A DNA stretch of 32,000 nucleotides, taken from the NCBI RefSeq assembly GCF_014280195.1, contig NZ_CP047960.1, forward strand, positions 840,001-872,000, read 5' to 3'. The translations under genes and the position numbers were made by a program. Below are positions 25,868 to 32,000 of the stretch, piece after piece (positions within the stretch are counted from its first letter, which is position 1; the number at the start of each line of letters is the position of its first letter). Below the pieces are notes generated by a model, which was given only the letters and a program-made list of their open reading frames with translations, made no database searches and was not told where the DNA came from. The stretch comes from Synechococcus sp. A15-24 (GTDB taxonomy: Bacteria; Cyanobacteriota; Cyanobacteriia; PCC-6307; Cyanobiaceae).

Positions 25868-26059
25868 CTCCGGTCGGCCTTCGGTGTTGTTCGGTTTCCC
25901 GTCCCTGAGAGACAAAAAAGATCGAAATCTTTTTGATCTTGTTGTTAATTTGTGGGCGCGACAGGCCAGTTGACGACTGGAAAGTGACCGAACCAACCGA
26001 ACACTCGCATCGGCCTCAGAGTCCTGATAGCTTGGACACACTTATGCATCGGCCTCGCG

Positions 26060-28600
26060 ATGTTCGAACGCTTTACCGAGAAGGCCATCAAGGTGATCAT
26101 GCTGGCCCAGGAAGAGGCTCGGCGACTTGGTCACAACTTTGTGGGCACCGAGCAGATCCTTCTGGGTCTGATCGGAGAGGGCACGGGTGTTGCCGCCAAG
26201 GTTCTGAAATCAATGGGTGTCAACCTCAAGGATGCCCGGGTTGAAGTGGAGAAGATCATCGGCCGGGGGTCTGGCTTTGTGGCCGTTGAGATCCCCTTCA
26301 CGCCAAGGGCGAAGCGGGTGCTCGAGCTCTCCCTGGAAGAAGCCAGACAGTTGGGGCACAACTACATCGGTACCGAGCATCTGCTGCTCGGCTTGATCCG
26401 GGAAGGTGAAGGCGTTGCGGCCCGTGTGCTCGAGAATCTGGGTGTTGATCTGGCCAAGGTCAGAACCCAGGTCATTCGCATGTTGGGTGAAACCGCCGAA
26501 GTGTCCGGCGGTGGCGGTGGTGGTGGAGCAAAAGGTTCCACCAAAACGCCAACCCTGGATGAATTCGGCAGCAACCTCACCCAGATGGCCAACGAGGCCA
26601 AGCTCGACCCCGTGGTGGGTCGCCACAATGAAATTGAACGGGTCATTCAGATCCTGGGTCGCCGCACCAAGAACAATCCGGTGTTGATCGGCGAGCCGGG
26701 TGTGGGCAAGACGGCCATCGCCGAAGGTCTTGCTCAGCGCATCCAGCAGGGTGAAATTCCGGACATCCTGGAAGACAAGCGCGTCCTCACCCTTGACATT
26801 GGTCTGCTCGTCGCGGGGACCAAATACCGCGGTGAGTTTGAGGAGCGCCTCAAGAAAATCATGGAAGAGATCAAGTCGGCCGGGAACGTGATCCTGGTGA
26901 TCGACGAGGTCCACACCTTGATTGGTGCCGGTGCCGCTGAAGGCGCCATCGATGCGGCCAACATTCTCAAGCCGGCTCTTGCCAGGGGTGAGCTGCAGTG
27001 CATCGGTGCCACAACCCTGGATGAGTACCGCAAGCACATCGAGCGGGATGCTGCGCTGGAACGGCGCTTCCAGCCCGTCAACGTCGGTGAGCCCTCCATC
27101 GATGACACCATCGAAATCCTGCGGGGCCTGCGCGAGCGCTACGAGCAGCACCACCGCCTCAAGATCACCGACGATGCTTTGGTTGCTGCGGCAACCCTCG
27201 GTGATCGCTATATCTCAGACCGCTTCCTCCCCGATAAGGCGATCGACCTGATCGATGAGGCCGGTTCACGGGTTCGGCTGCTCAATTCCAAGCTTCCACC
27301 CGAGGCCAAGGAAGTTGACAAGGAGTTGCGCGGCGTCCAGAAACAGAAAGAAGACGCCGTACGCGATCAGGACTTCACCAAGGCCGGTGAACTGCGTGAA
27401 AAGGAAGTTGAGCTACGCGATCAGATCCGCTCTCTGTTGCAAGCCAACCGCACCGATGCCACTACCGATACCGAAGCGTCCGCTGAGACGAACGATGCGC
27501 CTGCGGCAGAGTCCGCTGAGTCCTCGCCCATGGTGAATGAGGAGGACATTGCCCAGATCGTTGCCTCCTGGACCGGCGTGCCGGTGCAGAAGCTCACGGA
27601 GAGCGAATCGGTGAAGCTGCTGAACATGGAGGAGACGCTGCATCAGCGTCTGATCGGTCAGGACGAAGCGGTCAAGGCGGTGTCCAAAGCCATCCGTCGG
27701 GCCCGTGTCGGTCTAAAGAACCCGAACCGTCCCATCGCCAGCTTCATCTTCTCCGGCCCAACCGGTGTCGGTAAGACCGAGCTCACCAAGGCTCTGGCCA
27801 CCTATTTCTTCGGCAGTGAGGAGGCGATGATCCGCCTCGACATGTCGGAGTTCATGGAGCGCCACACTGTCAGCAAGCTGATCGGTTCGCCTCCGGGCTA
27901 TGTCGGCTTCAACGAAGGTGGTCAGCTCACGGAAGCTGTGCGACGCCGTCCTTACACCGTGGTTCTGTTCGATGAAATCGAAAAAGCCCACCCAGATGTG
28001 TTCAACCTGCTGCTGCAGCTCCTTGAAGATGGCCGTCTGACCGATTCCAAGGGCCGCACGGTCGACTTCAAAAATACCCTGGTGATCATGACCTCGAACA
28101 TCGGTTCGAAGGTGATCGAGAAGGGTGGCGGTGGCCTCGGTTTCGAGTTCTCCGGTGAGAGTGCCGAGGAGTCTCAATACACCCGCATCCGCTCCCTCGT
28201 GAATGAGGAGCTGAAGCAGTACTTCCGCCCTGAATTCCTCAACCGACTCGACGAGATCATCGTGTTCCGTCAGCTCAGTCGCGACGAGGTGAAGGAGATC
28301 GCCGAAATCATGCTGAAGGAAGTCTTCGGCCGGATGGGCGAGAAAGGCATCACCCTCACCGTGTCCGATGCGTTCAAGGAGCGGTTGGTCGAAGAGGGAT
28401 ACAACCCGGCCTATGGAGCCCGCCCCCTGCGTCGCGCTGTGATGCGGTTGCTGGAGGATTCCCTGGCTGAGGAAGTGCTCTCCGGCCGGATCAAGGATGG
28501 TGACCATGCCGAGGTGGATGTCGACGACGACAAGAAAGTTGTCGTCCGCCACAAAGGTCTGGCTAAGAGCTCTCCCCAACTGGCAGGTGCAGCTGTCTGA
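26060..28600 (+). CDS. clpC: ClpC, an AAA+ chaperone/unfoldase
   Basis: 846 aa. The N-terminus is [37 protein letters not shown], part of a double Clp_N repeat. Two Walker A motifs are present (GEPGVGKTA and GPTGVGKTE), plus a UVR-like middle domain. Confidence 0.97.
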   Translation: MFERFTEKAIKVIMLAQEEARRLGHNFVGTEQILLGLIGEGTGVAAKVLKSMGVNLKDARVEVEKIIGRGSGFVAVEIPFTPRAKRVLELSLEEARQLGHNYIGTEHLLLGLIREGEGVAARVLENLGVDLAKVRTQVIRMLGETAEVSGGGGGGGAKGSTKTPTLDEFGSNLTQMANEAKLDPVVGRHNEIERVIQILGRRTKNNPVLIGEPGVGKTAIAEGLAQRIQQGEIPDILEDKRVLTLDIGLLVAGTKYRGEFEERLKKIMEEIKSAGNVILVIDEVHTLIGAGAAEGAIDAANILKPALARGELQCIGATTLDEYRKHIERDAALERRFQPVNVGEPSIDDTIEILRGLRERYEQHHRLKITDDALVAAATLGDRYISDRFLPDKAIDLIDEAGSRVRLLNSKLPPEAKEVDKELRGVQKQKEDAVRDQDFTKAGELREKEVELRDQIRSLLQANRTDATTDTEASAETNDAPAAESAESSPMVNEEDIAQIVASWTGVPVQKLTESESVKLLNMEETLHQRLIGQDEAVKAVSKAIRRARVGLKNPNRPIASFIFSGPTGVGKTELTKALATYFFGSEEAMIRLDMSEFMERHTVSKLIGSPPGYVGFNEGGQLTEAVRRRPYTVVLFDEIEKAHPDVFNLLLQLLEDGRLTDSKGRTVDFKNTLVIMTSNIGSKVIEKGGGGLGFEFSGESAEESQYTRIRSLVNEELKQYFRPEFLNRLDEIIVFRQLSRDEVKEIAEIMLKEVFGRMGEKGITLTVSDAFKERLVEEGYNPAYGARPLRRAVMRLLEDSLAEEVLSGRIKDGDHAEVDVDDDKKVVVRHKGLAKSSPQLAGAAV

Positions 28601-29700
28601 TGGTTGTGTCCATCTCCTCCCACGCCATCGCCCCGGCGGTGGTGCTGCGGGGGGAGGGTGCCTGGGCAGAGGCGCTGTCCAAGATCAGTGCCCTTTGTGC
28701 CCGCCCTCTCCTGTTGGGTCGCAGTCAGGCCACGTCAAGCCTGCGGTCAGCCCTTGCTACGGATCTCCTTCAGAGCGGTCTTGCGCCGCAACCAGCTGAG
28801 CTCAGCCACGACTGTTGCGAGGAGGATCTACAGCGTCTGGCCTGTGAGGCAGCCGAATGTGATGCCGTTCTTGCCGCCGGTGGTGGAAAGGTTCTTGATG
28901 CCGGCAAGTTGCTCGCCCATCGCCTTCAGCTGCCCTGCATCACGGTGCCGTTAAGTGCTGCCACCTGCGCGGGTTGGACAGCTCTCTCCAATCTTTATTC
29001 AATGCACGGAGCCTTTCAGGGTGATGTGGCCCTGACGCGCTGCCCTGAGCTGCTGGTGTTTGACCATGGCCTGGTTCGCCAGGCTCCTGCGCGCACCCTG
29101 GCCAGCGGCATCGCCGATGCCCTGGCGAAGTGGTACGAAGCATCGGTCAGCAGTGGCAACAGCAGCGATGGGCTGGTGCAGCAGGCCGTTCAGATGGCCC
29201 GTGTCCTGCGGGATCAGTTGATGATTGATGGTCCCCTGGCCCTGCAGGATCCCCACAGTGCGGCCTGGGCCCGCACGGCCGAGGCCTGTGCACTCACCGC
29301 CGGTGTGATGGGCGGCTTGGGGGGTGCCCGCTGCAGAACCGTTGCAGCACACGCCGTGCACAACGCTCTCACCCAACTGCAGGCCTGTCACGCCGTGTTG
29401 CATGGCGAAAAGGTGGGCTTCGGAATCCTGGTGCAGCTCCGCCTGGAAGAACGCCTGGGAGGCAACCGCCTGGCCGGCCAGGCCCATCGCCAGCTGCTTC
29501 ACCTGCTGCGGCAGTTGCAGCTTCCGGTGAGCCTGCAGGATCTTGGCTTGTCAAACGCCAGTCTCACTGATCTGCAACAAGTGTGTGCCTTTGCCTGCCG
29601 TGAAGGATCAGACCTGCACCACCTTCCATTTGCGGTGACACCGGGGGCGTTGCTTGAGGCATTGGTTGGAGCCGCCGAACCCAGTCCCGTCGCGCCTTGA
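28600..29700 (+). CDS. Iron-containing alcohol dehydrogenase superfamily protein (glycerol or glycerol-1-phosphate dehydrogenase-like)
   Basis: 366 aa. The nucleotide-binding motif is AAGGGKVLDAGK and the metal-binding region is HNAL...HGEKVGFG. ATG 28600 shares its A with the clpC TGA (TGATG). Confidence 0.8.
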   Translation: MVVSISSHAIAPAVVLRGEGAWAEALSKISALCARPLLLGRSQATSSLRSALATDLLQSGLAPQPAELSHDCCEEDLQRLACEAAECDAVLAAGGGKVLDAGKLLAHRLQLPCITVPLSAATCAGWTALSNLYSMHGAFQGDVALTRCPELLVFDHGLVRQAPARTLASGIADALAKWYEASVSSGNSSDGLVQQAVQMARVLRDQLMIDGPLALQDPHSAAWARTAEACALTAGVMGGLGGARCRTVAAHAVHNALTQLQACHAVLHGEKVGFGILVQLRLEERLGGNRLAGQAHRQLLHLLRQLQLPVSLQDLGLSNASLTDLQQVCAFACREGSDLHHLPFAVTPGALLEALVGAAEPSPVAP

Positions 29701-30557
29701 AATCCCTTCTTGATGGTTTGATCCCCGGGCTGTTGGACCCGCAGGCCAGGGACCTGGCGATGCATGTGCAGTGGTGGCCTTTGCAGGGTCTGGGCCTTGA
29801 GACTCCCTTCCCGGTGGCTGTAGTTGGTCAGGGGCCTCCGCTGCTGATGCTGCATGGTTTTGACAGCAGCTTTCTGGAATTTCGTCGTCTTGCGCCGCTG
29901 TTGACCGATCGCTTTCAGCTGTTCATCCCGGATCTGTTCGGCTTTGGCTTTTCACCGCGTCCGCCGCAGGCGGCCTACGGCCCTGATGCTGTCCTTCGGC
30001 ACCTCGATGCACTGGTTGCGCATCTCGATGCCGATGGGGCCATCGGTGTGATCGGAGCCTCGATGGGTGGTGCGGTGGCGGTGGAGCTGGCCCGACGTCA
30101 GCCGGAGAGAATTCATCAGTTGCTGTTGTTGGCGCCTGCTGGACTGACGGGCCGGCCCATGCCGGTCCCACCCCTGCTTGATCGGCTTGGTGCCTGGTTT
30201 CTTGGTCGCCCTGGGGTGCGTCGCGGGCTTTGCCGCCAGGCCTTTGCTGATCCGGATGGGCAGGTGGGCCCGCCGGAGGAACAGATCGCATCGCTGCATC
30301 TGCAATGTCCGGGGTGGGCTGAGGCCCTGGCAGCGTTTGCCCGCAGCGGTGGCTTCGCCGGTTGTGGCGAGCCGTTGCCACCGCAGCCCCTGTACGTGAT
30401 CTGGGGAGCTGATGATCGGATCCTGCGTGCACCGCTCAAGCTGGCGGCCGAAAGCTTGCTGCAGCACCCAGCCGAAACCTTTGAGGCCTGCGGTCATCTC
30501 CCCCACATCGATCAGCCGCAACAGGTTGCTGACCGCTGCCTGGAGCTGCTGGGTTGA
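29697..30557 (+). CDS. Alpha/beta-fold hydrolase
   Basis: LLMLHGFDSS is the oxyanion region, GASMGGAVA is the GxSxG nucleophile elbow, and ACGHLPHIDQP carries the catalytic His. The start is either TTG 29697, which overlaps the upstream TGA, or ATG 29760. Confidence 0.8.
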   Translation: MKSLLDGLIPGLLDPQARDLAMHVQWWPLQGLGLETPFPVAVVGQGPPLLMLHGFDSSFLEFRRLAPLLTDRFQLFIPDLFGFGFSPRPPQAAYGPDAVLRHLDALVAHLDADGAIGVIGASMGGAVAVELARRQPERIHQLLLLAPAGLTGRPMPVPPLLDRLGAWFLGRPGVRRGLCRQAFADPDGQVGPPEEQIASLHLQCPGWAEALAAFARSGGFAGCGEPLPPQPLYVIWGADDRILRAPLKLAAESLLQHPAETFEACGHLPHIDQPQQVADRCLELLG

Positions 30558-31180
30558 TGAGCGATCCACTGCTGCAGCTGATCTCCACCGGTCTGGGGCT
30601 CTGGATCCGCAGCCGCTGTGATCAGGTGGGGGATCTTGACCTCACCTTGCAGGGGTCATCTCTGGGGCTGATGCGCGGTCAGCTGCAGGGTGCGGTTCTG
30701 TCGGCACGGGATGTGTGCTTTGAGGGGTTGCCACTGCACCATGCCGAGATCAGCAGCGGACCGATTCAGCTGGATCTCACCTGGTTGCGTCCAGGCCGGA
30801 TGTTGGCTCTGAAGGAGCCTTTCCAGGTGAGCGGCACGGTGTCGATGCCAGGTCAGCCGCTTGGCGATGCGTTGTTGTCTGAGCGTTGGCGTGAACTCGG
30901 CGATTGGATTGCTGAGCAACTGATGGGCCTGAAGCCCCTGGGTCAGCTGCGGATCGAGAACGACGAACTGGAGTTGGTGGCATCAGTCGCCGCACAACGG
31001 GATCCGATCCGGAAGCGCTTCCGCCTGCGAGCCGAGGCGGGCACGGTTGTTCTGTCGGCCTCAGATTCCCCGGAGACCCGAGCCGTGTTGCCCATGGATC
31101 CGGCGATCACCGTCACCGATGCGACGCTGGGGGCTGGATTGCTGACTTTCGAGGGGAACGCAATCGTAACGCCTGAGTGA
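30557..31180 (+). CDS. DUF2993-like protein (assignment from recollection)
   Basis: 207 aa. ATG 30557 shares its A with the hydrolase TGA (TGATG). The N-terminus is hydrophobic (LLQLISTGLGLWI), followed by repeated beta-like segments (LDLTLQGSSLGLMRGQLQGAVLSARDVCFEGLPL...). Confidence 0.55.
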   Translation: MSDPLLQLISTGLGLWIRSRCDQVGDLDLTLQGSSLGLMRGQLQGAVLSARDVCFEGLPLHHAEISSGPIQLDLTWLRPGRMLALKEPFQVSGTVSMPGQPLGDALLSERWRELGDWIAEQLMGLKPLGQLRIENDELELVASVAAQRDPIRKRFRLRAEAGTVVLSASDSPETRAVLPMDPAITVTDATLGAGLLTFEGNAIVTPE

Positions 31181-31201
31181 CAATGTCTTAGCTAAATCGT
31201 G

Positions 31202-32000
31202 CTAGCTGACATTGATCAGTGGCTTCGCCAGGGTCAGCAGCGCGTACAGCACGGCCGGGGTGAACAGGTAGCTATCAATGCGATCAAGGATTCCTCCATG
31301 GCCTGGCAGCACGTCACCGGAGTCTTTCAGTCCGGCATCGCGTTTCATCATCGATTCAGTCAGATCTCCCACCAGGGCAATCAGGGCCACCAGTGCGCCG
31401 ACGGCCACCCCTGGCAATCCCCCAAGCGGCCATCCCATCACTCGCGCGCAGAGCAGGCCGACGGCCATGGCGCATCCGAATCCCCCGAGGGCACCTTCCA
31501 CTGTTTTGGACGGCGAGATCGGGGACAAGGGCGTCCTGCCGTAGCGCTTGCCGAATGCCCATGAACCGATATCGCTCGCCACGATCATAAGGCAGGCCGA
31601 GAGGGTGATGGCCAGACCGCTGCTGCAAAGCCAGGCTGTTCCTGGAGCCAGGGCCGGATCGGAGAGGTTGCGCAGGGCCAGCCAGTGGCTGGGCAGAAAC
31701 CCCAGATAAAACAGCCCGAAAATCGATGCGGCGATGTCGGCAATCGATCCGGTAACCGGCTGCAGCAGCAACCAGGCACAGATGGCGGCACCGGCCAGGG
31801 GCAGCACCGCCCCCGACAGCGCCTCGGGCCATCCGCTTTGAACCGCTGCCCACTGGGTGGTGAGCAGCAGTAGCTGACAGGCCACCAGCGTTGTTTTGGT
31901 GGCCGGGCGGATTCCTTTGAACTGAGCCATGCGGAAGAACTCCAGCAGACCCAGATGCACGATCACGCCGACGCCGAGGGTGAGCCACCAGCCCCCCAGC
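31202..32000 (-). CDS. cdsA: Phosphatidate cytidylyltransferase; the N-terminus lies outside the window
   Basis: SDIGSWAFGKRYGRTPLSPISPSKTVEGALGG and the signature GHGGILDRIDSYLF are present. The frame is open to base 32000 (hand-translated ...LGGWWLTLGVGVIVHLG). The track's GTG 31966 is therefore probably internal. Confidence 0.9.
   Translation of the reverse strand, partial: LGGWWLTLGVGVIVHLGLLEFFRMAQFKGIRPATKTTLVACQLLLLTTQWAAVQSGWPEALSGAVLPLAGAAICAWLLLQPVTGSIADIAASIFGLFYLGFLPSHWLALRNLSDPALAPGTAWLCSSGLAITLSACLMIVASDIGSWAFGKRYGRTPLSPISPSKTVEGALGGFGCAMAVGLLCARVMGWPLGGLPGVAVGALVALIALVGDLTESMMKRDAGLKDSGDVLPGHGGILDRIDSYLFTPAVLYALLTLAKPLINVS

Noticed and set aside
25913-25938. AT-rich inverted repeat aaaaagat-cgaa-atcttttt after rimI, and the ccgaac-type repeats in the clpC leader
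   Set aside because: The 8-bp stem is weak and almost entirely A-T, and the repeats are short and imperfect. It could be a weak rimI terminator or clpC promoter context, but there is too little to call a feature.
25361-26041. 226-aa minus-strand ORF spanning rimI and the clpC upstream region
   Set aside because: It is antisense to the GNAT gene and runs through the AT-richer non-coding clpC leader. It has no motifs.
26507-27530. ClpC low-complexity insertions: a Gly7 run at 26507-26527 and a Thr/Ala/Glu/Asp-rich linker around aa 453-490
   Set aside because: They sit in linker regions that are naturally variable among ClpC orthologs, and there is no evidence of a frameshift or an inserted element.
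26210-28579. Minus-strand ORFs 26210-27154 (314 aa) and 27713-28579 (288 aa)
   Set aside because: They are antisense to clpC, the most confidently identified gene in the window.
1-32000. Search for tRNA, rRNA, CRISPR repeats, IS or transposase and integrase genes, long direct repeats, and HIP1 (GCGATCGC) enrichment
   Set aside because: Reading the intergenic regions and the ORF translations turned up none of these. GCGATCGC occurs only sporadically (for example near 11487 and 14083). The only sizeable repeat is the intragenic duplication at 19194-20243.

Overview
High-GC cyanobacterial chromosome segment. Gene content and protein sequences look like a marine Synechococcus/Cyanobium-type picocyanobacterium: CyanoP, ClpC, an RRM-type Rbp and a lysA-cdaA-uppS cluster. 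I support about 30 CDSs, packed tightly. At least ten junctions have 1- or 4-nt stop/start overlaps (ATGA, TGATG, GTGA, TTGA), which I checked by reading the bases. Gene order: recC (3' part) | antisense LMW phosphatase | recB-recD-cupin | DEAD-box helicase, two small ORFs, RRM protein | ABC exporter | CPA2 antiporter fused to tandem USP domains | LCP protein | CyanoP | recR | lipA | GNAT-like and GST-DUF952 | two mini-ORFs | low-GC3 gene with an internal duplication | trhO-bioB-uppS-cdaA-lysA | rimI | clpC, Fe-ADH-like, alpha/beta hydrolase, DUF2993-like | cdsA (partial). I saw no rRNA, tRNA, CRISPR array, transposase, integrase or recognisable defence or toxin gene. Most of the window is ordinary core genome. 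The least explained part is 18.8-20.4 kb. It holds a compositionally atypical gene encoding two tandem 163-aa NTF2/SnoaL-like modules, bracketed by two perfect hairpins, next to a translationally coupled pair of mini-ORFs. Beside that lies a GST-DUF952 fusion coupled to a GNAT-like protein. All family assignments come from motifs I read in the translations plus recollection. No database search was run. The ORF track uses GTG and TTG as starts, and I moved several track starts to internal starts on context.
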